A DNA stretch of 64,000 nucleotides from a virus. Of the stretch, positions 40,337 through 50,313 are shown one piece after another. The position numbers and the translations under genes were made by a program. How positions within the stretch are numbered: the stretch's first letter is position 1; each line of letters opens with the position of its first letter. The DNA is taken from the IMG/VR virus record IMGVR_UViG_3300024520_000050, positions 96,001 through 160,000 of that record; one strand, given 5' to 3'. The notes beneath the pieces are model-generated. The model saw only the letters and a list, made by a program, of their open reading frames with translations. It was not told the origin of the DNA and ran no database searches.

Positions 40337-41599
40337 TTACATTCTATTTAAAAGTAATTTACCAATTTCTATATCAGCCATAATACCATGTAATTGAATT
40401 TTATCTGTTGCCATTATTTCTAGTCCCATATCTAAACGAAGATCATTAGGAATACCAGAAGTTTTCAAGAAAGCTTTCATGTTATTCATTTGTTTCTTAG
40501 ACAATTTACCATTCAATTCATCTGTACAGTAATATAATAAACGAGTGGTAATAACATTTAAAATATCAACTCTAAGATTACTACCTGTTGCAAAAGGAGT
40601 TATCACTTTCCTTTTAATAAATGCAGGAAAATCTTCAGCATTCAATAACTCTTCTGGTGTTACTAATTTAACTAAGTCATTATTAATAAATGTGGCAAAT
40701 TGAGTTGCTGTAATTTTATCCAACACTCCTTCACCCATAATATTAACCATACCTAAATTCTCTTTTAAATCAGAAAATATACGAATTGTATTTGCAAAAT
40801 ATTCAATTGATCTAGGAGTAGTAAGTTCGCCTGTTTTAATCGTCTCTGGGTTAGCTAATACAAAATTAACCACACGTTCATCGATATCATGATTTAATGC
40901 CCATTTAGCCCATAATTTAGCTTCAAACTCCATAGACATATGAAACATGCGAGTTAATTGTGCATCATCTAATTCAGTGATAGAATAATTTCCTCCACCA
41001 GGATTCGCTGTTAAAATAATACTCCATTTTGGTGGCAATGTCCATGAATCTAATCCACCATCTTGAAGTAATTGCATAATACCATTAATAATACGTTTAC
41101 CCGCACGATTAAAATCATCAATTACAAAGAACCCTTCTTCGGGATCACCTAAATCTACATTAGGTACAAATTGTGGTGGAGATACAATCATTTGATTAGC
41201 TTTATGCATATCTCTTTCCCAACCATTATTGAGATAAGATCCTACAAGATCCTTATCAACTAACTTACTCTTGATAACTTCACCTGATTCATTCTTCAAA
41301 TTAACCCAAGCACCTGTACCTGGCATTCCAAGTAAGTCACCCATTTCTTCAAATTGTGCTGGAGCAATTGACTTAAATCCAATTCCTTTTTCCTTTGCAA
41401 TTTGTTCTGGGATACTTGTCTTACCAATACCGTGTTTTCCCCAAATACATATTGATACTTTCTTTCCACTCTTGGAAGTCTCTGTTACTAAATTAGAAGT
41501 ATGAACATGCTCCATTACATCTTTAATCATATCTGCTGGTAACATCATACCATGATAATCATAATTAATCTGCTTTCCTTTTTTTGCTGTATCAGCCAT
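40337..41599 (-). CDS. MoxR-type AAA+ ATPase
   Basis: GKHGIGKT, E.GDLLGMP, FVIDDFNRA and IILTANP. Confidence 0.88.
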   Translation of the reverse strand: MADTAKKGKQINYDYHGMMLPADMIKDVMEHVHTSNLVTETSKSGKKVSICIWGKHGIGKTSIPEQIAKEKGIGFKSIAPAQFEEMGDLLGMPGTGAWVNLKNESGEVIKSKLVDKDLVGSYLNNGWERDMHKANQMIVSPPQFVPNVDLGDPEEGFFVIDDFNRAGKRIINGIMQLLQDGGLDSWTLPPKWSIILTANPGGGNYSITELDDAQLTRMFHMSMEFEAKLWAKWALNHDIDERVVNFVLANPETIKTGELTTPRSIEYFANTIRIFSDLKENLGMVNIMGEGVLDKITATQFATFINNDLVKLVTPEELLNAEDFPAFIKRKVITPFATGSNLRVDILNVITTRLLYYCTDELNGKLSKKQMNNMKAFLKTSGIPNDLRLDMGLEIMATDKIQLHGIMADIEIGKLLLNRM

Positions 41600-41633
41600 T
41601 TTATTTATTTATTTATATTAATTCTTATAATAA

Positions 41634-43097
41634 TTAAAAATCCATTTTAATTTTAATTCCTTGAAAATCTTCCATGTCCTCTGCAGAACGTCCTTGATTC
41701 TTACTAATTAACCACATAATTGGACAATTACATTTAGGTGGTTGAGGTGCTTCACCATCAGTAAAATATATTAAGCAATCAGGTTTATATATTTCATTAG
41801 CATAATTAATAGGTGGATCAAATGATGTTCCTCCTCTTCCTGTTACTTCTCCTGGAAACTTACCTTTATAATCCCATATTTTACCAACATCATAATCACA
41901 TTCTATAATTTGCACCTCTGCTTCTGATTTATGTATCCAGTGGATCTCACTAAAGAATTCAGCTAATGATTCATTATCCACAGAACCTGATGTATCAATT
42001 GCAACTAGAACCTTACATTCTGTCTTAATCTTTGTACCAGGAAATGTACCGAATCGTTTACTTCTTCTCTTCAATGTAGTTTCAATAAATGATTTCTCAC
42101 CATTGGCAGCAAACTGTCTCAATTGTCTTTTCCAATTAACACTTGGTCTTAAACTTGCAATTAAATCATCAAGATATTGTAATAATCCAGCAGGCATTTT
42201 ACCTCTCCAGTTACTATTACTTTTAGTTTGTGATCGATCTAATTTCTTAACAACCTCACTAACAGTACTATCTACCCATGAATTAGCAAATTCCTTTTGA
42301 CCTTTATTCAATTTAGAAATATCTCCCCATGTTGAATGCATTGTTCGATTATTTTCTTGAGACATAAACTTAGCTAAGTTCTTCTGTGAACTATTCAACT
42401 TACCCCAATTTGGATTATTTTCTAATCCATTTCCTTCATTGCCACCTTGTTGATTACCTTGCTGACCATCTTGTTGATCGCTTTGTTGATTACCTTGCTG
42501 ATTTTGATTACCAGAACCACTTTTTGATTTATCACTTTTTCCACCTTTGGGATTAAGTGTTTGTCTAATCTTTTCTGATTCCTTAATCAATACTGAATAG
42601 TAATAATCAGTTGTTTGATGATTATCAGATCCTGTCCATTCAGGAGTAATGTTAGGAAAGAAATGTGGATAATTCTCTAATAAGGCTAATGTTGGGCGCA
42701 TCTTCTCAGGTATCTTATTCAATAGAATACATTGATGTACAACAAAATCTACTGCTGCATTTGCAAGAGTTTTATTACCATATTTACCCCAATTAAAAAT
42801 GTGCTTAAATAGAATATGTAATATCTCATGTTTTATTACCCAATATTTTGCATTTAAATAATCCTCTGATTTTAAACCTTTATCTCCTCTAATCGTTTCA
42901 GTCCAGAATTTATTATTTACTGCTAAACTCAGCAGATTAGTAGTTGGATTCATACAAATAGCTGCAGTTTGTACAGCATGTTCTCCATCAGTAACTTCTC
43001 TATTTAAATGATTAAAGAAATGCCCATAAAATGATTCTTTAATAATCAATTGTATAGCCGTCTTTTGAATATCCTCTAATACTTCATAATTTGTCAT
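41634..43097 (-). CDS. DUF2201-type putative metallopeptidase + VWA domain protein
   Basis: KHEILH (HExxH), Q/N/G-rich linker, VAIDTSGSV (MIDAS) and YFTDG. Confidence 0.88.
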   Translation of the reverse strand: MTNYEVLEDIQKTAIQLIIKESFYGHFFNHLNREVTDGEHAVQTAAICMNPTTNLLSLAVNNKFWTETIRGDKGLKSEDYLNAKYWVIKHEILHILFKHIFNWGKYGNKTLANAAVDFVVHQCILLNKIPEKMRPTLALLENYPHFFPNITPEWTGSDNHQTTDYYYSVLIKESEKIRQTLNPKGGKSDKSKSGSGNQNQQGNQQSDQQDGQQGNQQGGNEGNGLENNPNWGKLNSSQKNLAKFMSQENNRTMHSTWGDISKLNKGQKEFANSWVDSTVSEVVKKLDRSQTKSNSNWRGKMPAGLLQYLDDLIASLRPSVNWKRQLRQFAANGEKSFIETTLKRRSKRFGTFPGTKIKTECKVLVAIDTSGSVDNESLAEFFSEIHWIHKSEAEVQIIECDYDVGKIWDYKGKFPGEVTGRGGTSFDPPINYANEIYKPDCLIYFTDGEAPQPPKCNCPIMWLISKNQGRSAEDMEDFQGIKIKMDF

Positions 43098-43125
43098 TTA
43101 CTTCTTTTGTTTAATTAATTATATT

Positions 43126-43155
43126 AAAAAAGGTGTACCGCAATGGCACACCTTT
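43126..43155 (-). terminator. Intrinsic terminator
   Basis: AAAGGTGTGCC/GGTACACCTTT stem followed by a U-run. Confidence 0.75.
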
Positions 43156-43158
43156 AAT

Positions 43159-43800
43159 TTATACATTTTTCAATTTTTCATGTCGGTAGAATCGATGTCT
43201 ACGTTTTGTATAAAAATTACACATTGAATGACATCCTCTGTCAGGAGGGTTTTTAAATGATTCAAAATATAAAACATCATTAGGAAGTTTATATTTATCA
43301 TCAATGTATCCTACATTACATGCATAGGCAATATCATATAGCTCTCGATCTTTTGGGTCATCCCAATTGAAATACTGCTTTAATTTGCCTGATTTTAATA
43401 ATTTTATAGATCGTGAGTTATTAAGTGAAGGGGTGTTATAATACTTCCGCCAACTACACTTTTTATGTCTGAATCTATTGTACATTGTTTGAATTACAAA
43501 GTAAACATCCGCCTTAGAATTTTCACTTGTTAAAGTAGATGATTGTGTTTTAATATATTTTATAAAACTAATCATGTTCCTCATGTTACCTAATCCATAA
43601 TCTAATGTAGGTATTTCGACACCTACTGCGATTGGTAACATTACTTCAATTGTTCCTATTAATTCACGCGTTATCGGTTCTGATGAAAGTGTTCCACCTT
43701 GAGGAAGCGATGTAAACGACATGACAAATAATAAAAAGAAGTTTCTCATTTTTGCTGTTTTCGTTAACAATATTATTTGGTTGAAACCATAAAGATCCAA
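43159..43800 (-). CDS. SleB/Hydrolase_2-like cell-wall hydrolase with N-terminal hydrophobic segment; likely start MRNFF at 43749
   Basis: SE....V..V.QTMYNR, VLYF and RHRFY. Confidence 0.55.
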   Translation of the reverse strand: MDLYGFNQIILLTKTAKMRNFFLLFVMSFTSLPQGGTLSSEPITRELIGTIEVMLPIAVGVEIPTLDYGLGNMRNMISFIKYIKTQSSTLTSENSKADVYFVIQTMYNRFRHKKCSWRKYYNTPSLNNSRSIKLLKSGKLKQYFNWDDPKDRELYDIAYACNVGYIDDKYKLPNDVLYFESFKNPPDRGCHSMCNFYTKRRHRFYRHEKLKNV

Positions 43801-43822
43801 CTAAATATTTTATACGACGTAT

Positions 43823-44854
43823 CTATGAAGGTAATTGTTCAACATAATATTTATCACCTTTATCCGCAACTCTAATATTGAGTATGTCTTCGAATGGTTG
43901 TAAATCAAGTTCTTGACCACTTTTTTTAATATTTTTAAATAAATACTCTACATTATCTCGTAAATGCCACGATCTACTATTGTATGCATCTCTTCTATCA
44001 ATACAAGCTCTTAAATCTGGTTTGCGTACAAATATTTTATCATACATAGCTATTCTAGTCTCTGCAGCTATGGAAGTATCATAAAAACATGCTACTAATT
44101 TAGATAACATAGATTCTACATTACCTTTTTTAATCATCATAATTCCAAGATTCCAAGTAGTTTCTCCGCATAACAATCGATATAAATTATCCCAATCATA
44201 TACAGCTAAATCATCACGTACATCTTCTTTAACTTCCCAATCATATACAACTTGTTGTAAATCAATTTCATTGATTAAGGTCATACTTCTATCCTTCAAT
44301 GCATTTAATTCATTTTCTTCTATTTGAGAATGATTACATTTAACTTGATAATCAGCTTCCCAATGATTCGTTAGTCGTTTTTTTATTGCTTTTTCTTCAT
44401 GCGACATCATATGATCATACTCATCTCTAGCATAATATGTTTGAAACATAAATGATACCATCTGGGGATCACGATACATTTGATCTTGAACAAATGTATA
44501 TGCAACTTCATTTTTTCGTTCACTAAAGTATTCTCCTGCAGGTACCGTCCACCATTTAATTATTTCAAATGGACTACGTGCATTATCATAACGATTTGTA
44601 GTTATTCCTTGTTTAATTATTAAACAATTAGCTTCTTCTGCTTTAAATACTTGTGTTGCTCCTACATCTTTAATCCATTTTCTTAATGGAAGTTTCTTAA
44701 TTCTACAATTTGGAAATACATAAATTTTACTACTAGCATTTATATTAGAAATATCTACAATAGATTTACCTTTATGTTTTGGGTTCTTATCTTGTAGTCT
44801 ATCACTATAAATACCAAGTAAATATGTAACATCCGTTTCTTCTATTTTTATCAT
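43823..44854 (-). CDS. Hypothetical protein, possible BRCT-like N-terminus
   Basis: KIYVFP...KLPLRKW....A...F..EEANCLII. Confidence 0.55.
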   Translation of the reverse strand: MIKIEETDVTYLLGIYSDRLQDKNPKHKGKSIVDISNINASSKIYVFPNCRIKKLPLRKWIKDVGATQVFKAEEANCLIIKQGITTNRYDNARSPFEIIKWWTVPAGEYFSERKNEVAYTFVQDQMYRDPQMVSFMFQTYYARDEYDHMMSHEEKAIKKRLTNHWEADYQVKCNHSQIEENELNALKDRSMTLINEIDLQQVVYDWEVKEDVRDDLAVYDWDNLYRLLCGETTWNLGIMMIKKGNVESMLSKLVACFYDTSIAAETRIAMYDKIFVRKPDLRACIDRRDAYNSRSWHLRDNVEYLFKNIKKSGQELDLQPFEDILNIRVADKGDKYYVEQLPS

Positions 44855-45735
44855 CTTATAATTTTAAATCCTAATTTCAACAATCCTCGAGTTAAATCTT
44901 CATCATTTTCAGTCTTCATTAATTCAGAAAACAACAATTCTGGTTTTTTTAATTTAATTGCCTGACATTCAACAACATCATAATAAATATTATTATAGTT
45001 AGGCATATGAATAGCATCTTCAAAACCCGCTTCATACATATTAACTTGTGCTACTTTATGATGTTGTGTATCATCTGACAATAACCTACTTAAAAATAAA
45101 TTATATATTGCATCATAGTTTACATATTCAGGTATTAATTTTGCAATATTATCCATTAATGGCATAGCATCTGAATTAAACACTTTAGATATAAACTTAT
45201 GTTGTAGGAATTTATCTTTCAATCCTTCCCATGTATTCAACATCAATACATTTCCATCCCTGGTTTGAGTATCATTTAATATCAAAAAGTCACGAAAGTA
45301 ATGTGTAGTTCTACCATTTGGCTCAATGCATGTAATATTATCTAATGTATACGAACTATCTTCTTCCTGTTTTAACTTTTGATATCTATTATAACTCATT
45401 GCATATGGATTACGTTTAATTGTATTAAATCCAAATAATTTTACAATACTTTCAGTCAATGTAATAAAGAATTCTTCACGTACTTCATCCATGATTGTTT
45501 GATCTTCCCATATTTCTAAGTTCAATAAAGAAGCTAAACATTGTGTATATGCTATTTTCTCTAGAAATCTTGTTGTTGGAATACTTAAATAGTGTTCTTT
45601 AAACATTATAAACTTAAGATTCTCAGCTTCTAAATCAAACAATTCATGAAATGGGATACTTAAATCTATTTCAATATCATTATGAAGTGGTATCCCATCA
45701 TTTAAATCCACTTCGCTTATTTTAATCTTCTTCAT
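44851..45735 (-). CDS. Hypothetical protein
   Basis: 294-aa ORF. Confidence 0.65.
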   Translation of the reverse strand: MKKIKISEVDLNDGIPLHNDIEIDLSIPFHELFDLEAENLKFIMFKEHYLSIPTTRFLEKIAYTQCLASLLNLEIWEDQTIMDEVREEFFITLTESIVKLFGFNTIKRNPYAMSYNRYQKLKQEEDSSYTLDNITCIEPNGRTTHYFRDFLILNDTQTRDGNVLMLNTWEGLKDKFLQHKFISKVFNSDAMPLMDNIAKLIPEYVNYDAIYNLFLSRLLSDDTQHHKVAQVNMYEAGFEDAIHMPNYNNIYYDVVECQAIKLKKPELLFSELMKTENDEDLTRGLLKLGFKIIR

Positions 45736-46057
45736 TTTCTATAATTTTATAAGGTATTCCTTTAGGTATTTCTATATGACAACCAATCATTTCAACATAG
45801 TCAATATCATCAAGCAATATCATAGTATTTTTAAAATAATAAATGAGTAGTACTCTATTTTTAATTTCGAAGAAAACATCGTATTTATTACATTTAATAA
45901 AATGATCAGTTACTTGATTATCAGCACTGTTAGTTGCTAATATCTTTACTACAAGATCTGCAGAATTATTTTCAACAATTTCCAAATCATCGACTGTAAC
46001 ATCAATTTCAATGGAATCAAAATACTCTTTATTTAATGTCTTTATTGTCTCTATCAT
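45722..46057 (-). CDS. Hypothetical protein
   Basis: 111-aa ORF. Confidence 0.55.
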   Translation of the reverse strand: MIETIKTLNKEYFDSIEIDVTVDDLEIVENNSADLVVKILATNSADNQVTDHFIKCNKYDVFFEIKNRVLLIYYFKNTMILLDDIDYVEMIGCHIEIPKGIPYKIIENEED

Positions 46058-46062
46058 TCATC

Positions 46063-46578
46063 TTATTCTAATTCTTCATCGTTAATTAAATATACATTTG
46101 CTGTGTCACCTACGCGCCCAGCTAAGTATTGATATTCGTGTTCTCCTCCTTCAAAGGAAATAATTTCAATTCTATCACCTTCATTAAAAGGATGACTTAC
46201 ACCAAGATCCCAACCACCTACAGTAACTATATTTCCTAATTCATATCTCCAACATTGTCCTGGTATATCATCAGAATGTAATTGATGTGAATCTTTACTA
46301 TCATAAGTAGCTAGATAAATTTCTTCATCAGTTTTGTGATCTGGTACCATAGCTAATTCAACTAATTTATTATGAGTAGTTAAAGCAAATGCTGGATCTA
46401 CACTTAGAGTATCAAAGAATCTTAAGAAGTTATTCTCATACTCTTCTTTGAGATCAATTAACTGTTCAATTCTTTCATTGACTAACTGACCATTAGAAGC
46501 CATTTTCATAATCTTTTCAATTTCTTCCTCAATATTTAAATAAGTTTGAAAGTCTAATAATTCAAATTTAATCTGCAT
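46063..46578 (-). CDS. Hypothetical protein
   Basis: 171-aa ORF. Confidence 0.6.
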   Translation of the reverse strand: MQIKFELLDFQTYLNIEEEIEKIMKMASNGQLVNERIEQLIDLKEEYENNFLRFFDTLSVDPAFALTTHNKLVELAMVPDHKTDEEIYLATYDSKDSHQLHSDDIPGQCWRYELGNIVTVGGWDLGVSHPFNEGDRIEIISFEGGEHEYQYLAGRVGDTANVYLINDEELE

Positions 46579-46894
46579 GTGTAATTTTTCTTTTTTCGTT
46601 TTGAAAATATTTTATCTTCTTATTGCATTCACTTAGGAAATGCACAATACATTCTACTTCTGTATCAAATACTTCTAGAGATTCCCATTGCCAACTATCA
46701 TAAGGCCTCATAGAAATTCCTGTAGCATAAGGAGTACCATCCTTTTTTAATTTGTAAAATTGCTGGCTACTATATCTACCTTTAATCTTTTGAAATACAC
46801 CTTCAGTAGGATACATTACTCGTTTATTCCAATCAGTACAACAAACCCAATACGTTTGTGTTTGATCATTTTCATTATAAAATTCTATTTTCAT
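46568..46894 (-). CDS. Hypothetical protein
   Basis: 108-aa ORF. Confidence 0.55.
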   Translation of the reverse strand: MKIEFYNENDQTQTYWVCCTDWNKRVMYPTEGVFQKIKGRYSSQQFYKLKKDGTPYATGISMRPYDSWQWESLEVFDTEVECIVHFLSECNKKIKYFQNEKRKITHAD

Positions 46895-46914
46895 TTTGTC
46901 ATTATTTTATTGTT

Positions 46915-47178
46915 TTAAAGGATCTTCTTTTCATAAGTGATACTTCCATTAGACCAATGTATTTTCATGCCTTGTGGCGTCATAGGACCAAGTTTAACTG
47001 CTGTTACTTTTTTAATTCTGTCTGTATTATATGCTGGAAGTCCTTTGAAGAGACTGATAACTTCTTGTTTGAATCCTTCTTTGGTTTGGATTTCTTCTTT
47101 TTCTTCGTCTTTCCAGATTTTCCAGAGTTTGTCGAATTGTTTATTCTTTCGCTTAAATCGTTTTCTTCCAGGATACAT
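46915..47178 (-). CDS. Hypothetical protein
   Basis: 87 aa, protein-like composition; overlapped by the AAA tail. Confidence 0.5.
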   Translation of the reverse strand: MYPGRKRFKRKNKQFDKLWKIWKDEEKEEIQTKEGFKQEVISLFKGLPAYNTDRIKKVTAVKLGPMTPQGMKIHWSNGSITYEKKIL

Positions 47179-48323
47179 GGTTCAGTTTTTAATATGTTAA
47201 GTACACCATTAACATCACGAAGGTGTTTAATACACCATTGTTCTAATTGAGCCATGGATTTAGGCATACATTTAATTTCAGGAAGTACAATTTTAATATC
47301 ATAAAATCTAGTTAAGAATGTAATTACCATATCTCTTGTTGGTGCTTTAAATTCACATTTCAAGTCAACTCTACCTGCACGAATAAGTGCTGGATCTAAG
47401 CTTTCTATGTGATTAGTAGTTAATATAATCATAACATCATTCTTAGCTAATACACCACTTAAGAAGTTAATAAATGCATCAAATTTAACACCTGACTTGT
47501 TAATTCTCTTACGTCCTTTAAATACCAAATCAATATCTTCAATTAATATCATTGAATTTGGTTCTACACAATCAAATGCATTCTTTAAATCATCAAGATC
47601 TGAAATATCACTTAAATCTAAATAATAAATATTCATTCCATATTTATACGCAATAGATGCTGATATTGATGATTTACCTGTACCTGGAAGACCATAATAT
47701 AAATGAGTTAAACTTGTAGATATTTTCTTATCTTTTAATAACGCATTATCATCTTTCCAGGTATCAATTGAGTTTAAAATACTTTCTTTAATGTCTTTAT
47801 TCAATACAATATCCTCAATATTTTTTGGATAATACTTTTTATGTTCTTTCCAATAATGAGTCCAAGTATGAATAATTAACTTATCTTCTTCGGACTTATC
47901 TGATACATATGATTCTCCTACAGTTCTAAGTAAATCATTAATAATAGTCTTATTAACTACTGTTTTTAATGTATAAGTACCTTGTTCTCTTGTGCTATAA
48001 TTATCATCTGATGCTTCTACACTCTTACTTATATGTATTGGATGGCTTTCAAACCAAATAAAAAATGAATCATTTCGTGGTTCATATTTAGGTTCATCGT
48101 CATCATAATGTGCATACGATACTCCTACATTTTGAAACTTATCATGATGATTATTAAGCAACCATTCATTAAATTGATTATAAATTAATTTATTATCTTT
48201 CAATGTAACTTCATAAATTGCTTTATTCTTTGAAGCATTAAACAAAGCTTTGCCAGCCCATAATGTTAATACAGGTGCTTGAGCTTTCAACTGCTTCCCA
48301 ATAAATTCTAGTATTTTACTCAT
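47004..48323 (-). CDS. BCS1-like AAA ATPase
   Basis: YGLPGTGKSS, ILIEDID and LTTNHIESLDPALIRAGRVD. Confidence 0.88.
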   Translation of the reverse strand: MSKILEFIGKQLKAQAPVLTLWAGKALFNASKNKAIYEVTLKDNKLIYNQFNEWLLNNHHDKFQNVGVSYAHYDDDEPKYEPRNDSFFIWFESHPIHISKSVEASDDNYSTREQGTYTLKTVVNKTIINDLLRTVGESYVSDKSEEDKLIIHTWTHYWKEHKKYYPKNIEDIVLNKDIKESILNSIDTWKDDNALLKDKKISTSLTHLYYGLPGTGKSSISASIAYKYGMNIYYLDLSDISDLDDLKNAFDCVEPNSMILIEDIDLVFKGRKRINKSGVKFDAFINFLSGVLAKNDVMIILTTNHIESLDPALIRAGRVDLKCEFKAPTRDMVITFLTRFYDIKIVLPEIKCMPKSMAQLEQWCIKHLRDVNGVLNILKTEPCILEENDLSERINNSTNSGKSGKTKKKKKSKPKKDSNKKLSVSSKDFQHIIQTELKK

Positions 48324-48352
48324 TGTATATTTTTAAATATTAATAATTAGTT

Positions 48353-49027
48353 TTAAAGATCAATAAACCTAGGAATGAATCCACCTTGAATACATCCTAC
48401 GATAGGTACCATTTGATCTCCTGCTTGATCTGCACCAAGACTCATTAAAGATTGATACCATGTTTTACGATTATTAGCTAAACTAGGTTCAACCATCACA
48501 TGATATCCACCTCTAGTTTCAATTACTGTTAATGCCTCCTTCCCGACAACATCTACACATTGTCCAATAAGTTCATCATTCTTGAAATCAAAATCAAAAT
48601 CTACATAAACTGTACGACTTTTACTCCTTTGAATACAAGATAATACTTCTGCATGTGGATTGAATCCTTTATTATTCGTTTTCAACATGTGTGCTAACTT
48701 TCCAATACTATCAAATGTAGCTGAACGTATATCACGTGGATTAGGATTAATATATGTAACTAAAGCTTGCTGAGGAACTTGTTGTCTTCCTTTGAGGAAG
48801 TAATTTCCTTCTTTAACTTCTAATGCATATAACTTCTGTAACAATCTCTCTTTATTACTAGTAAACCGTTTTAATTGTGTTTTATCATTACTTTTTACAA
48901 GTTCCGGACAATATTTCTTCCTGGCGAACAAGGAGCAATAAAACTTTTCATTATCTTCTAATTCAGGTAACCATTCAATGAATCTCTCTAATTGAGGTCC
49001 ATCGGCTACAATTGTATATGTGCTCAT
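48353..49027 (-). CDS. Putative archaeo-eukaryotic primase (AEP) superfamily protein
   Basis: YVDFDFD (DxD), ETRGGYHV (sxH) and GDQMVPIVG. Confidence 0.55.
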   Translation of the reverse strand: MSTYTIVADGPQLERFIEWLPELEDNEKFYCSLFARKKYCPELVKSNDKTQLKRFTSNKERLLQKLYALEVKEGNYFLKGRQQVPQQALVTYINPNPRDIRSATFDSIGKLAHMLKTNNKGFNPHAEVLSCIQRSKSRTVYVDFDFDFKNDELIGQCVDVVGKEALTVIETRGGYHVMVEPSLANNRKTWYQSLMSLGADQAGDQMVPIVGCIQGGFIPRFIDL

Positions 49028-49914
49028 TTTTCATTCTTTATTATTTGTTTTTGAATATGTTCCATCCATTGTTCTTTAGATTCCCATTTATTCTCACACC
49101 ATTCACTTAGTATCTCATTCAATATTTCAGTATCTGTAAATACTCTTGGTTTAGGATCCATCTTCTCTGACTCTTCATAAGTAACTGATTCAATACTTTC
49201 TACCCAATATAATCGATCTCCACGATCTTGCTTAGAACTATCTATTTCAGCATTTATAGTAACATCATAATATTTATTACCAATCTTCACATAAACACTA
49301 GCTTCTTCCTGGGCAAATCCTTGACCGCATTCAAAGTAATCATAACCAACATCTTTAAAGTATTCTTCAATTTGTTCTGGATGTTTTAACATGTCTTCAT
49401 CTTCAAATAAATCCCAATCATCAAATAAATATTGCTCAGTAGGAGTATCTACATAATTATCTTTAATTTCTTGCGCTATACGTTGTTCGCGATCGTATTC
49501 AATCTTCAACTTATCATGAATTATTTGCACTTCTTCTAATGTTTTATTACCTAAAGATCTAGTATCCATATAACTATAGCTACCAGATGGTTTCTTATCT
49601 GAATATCTATCATCATATTTGATAATATTAACTAATAATTCACTTCTTGAATCTTTTCTATCTTTATGAATAGCTCCAATATCTGTTGCTCCTTTATCAA
49701 TAAAATATTGGCCACATGATTGACACAAATGTGCATTTACTTGACCTTCTATTGATGCAAATGCAATATCTGTATCATTAGTATCTTCATATTTAATTTT
49801 ACAGTTTTTACATTTTGTATCTTTTACTTTAGAACCTCGTATTCTTAACCACGCTTCTTTTGTTGTAAAGTTTAATTTAACTGTCTTTACATTATATTTA
49901 TCTAATTTATTCAT
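49024..49914 (-). CDS. Hypothetical protein with N-terminal Zn-finger
   Basis: CKNC...CQSC. Confidence 0.6.
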   Translation of the reverse strand: MNKLDKYNVKTVKLNFTTKEAWLRIRGSKVKDTKCKNCKIKYEDTNDTDIAFASIEGQVNAHLCQSCGQYFIDKGATDIGAIHKDRKDSRSELLVNIIKYDDRYSDKKPSGSYSYMDTRSLGNKTLEEVQIIHDKLKIEYDREQRIAQEIKDNYVDTPTEQYLFDDWDLFEDEDMLKHPEQIEEYFKDVGYDYFECGQGFAQEEASVYVKIGNKYYDVTINAEIDSSKQDRGDRLYWVESIESVTYEESEKMDPKPRVFTDTEILNEILSEWCENKWESKEQWMEHIQKQIIKNEK

Positions 49915-49917
49915 TCT

Positions 49918-50313
49918 TTATACATTTGTATAACATCTATATTTGTTGCCTTGTTCATCATAATATATTAAATCAACACCTGCCAGTGTACATTTAAATT
50001 GGAAATCACATTGTGGATCTTGAGGAGCATTTTCATACCATGATAATAAATAATGATCTTCTCCATACTCTTCTAATATTTTATCATAAATATTATCCTC
50101 ATCAAAATCTCTTTCCAACCAAGGAGCTAGTTTTCTATACTTATCTAATTCTGCTTTAATTATATCCCAATTATCCATATAATTATATGCATTTACTCCA
50201 GGTATAGATTCTCTTTCAAAGTGTTGTGTATCAGCATCTCCACCCATATATTCAACATCTAAAAAGAATTTACCTGAGTTAGATTCTTCTACTTTTTCAA
50301 ATTTCTTATTCAT
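49918..50313 (-). CDS. Hypothetical acidic protein
   Basis: 131-aa ORF. Confidence 0.6.
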   Translation of the reverse strand: MNKKFEKVEESNSGKFFLDVEYMGGDADTQHFERESIPGVNAYNYMDNWDIIKAELDKYRKLAPWLERDFDEDNIYDKILEEYGEDHYLLSWYENAPQDPQCDFQFKCTLAGVDLIYYDEQGNKYRCYTNV

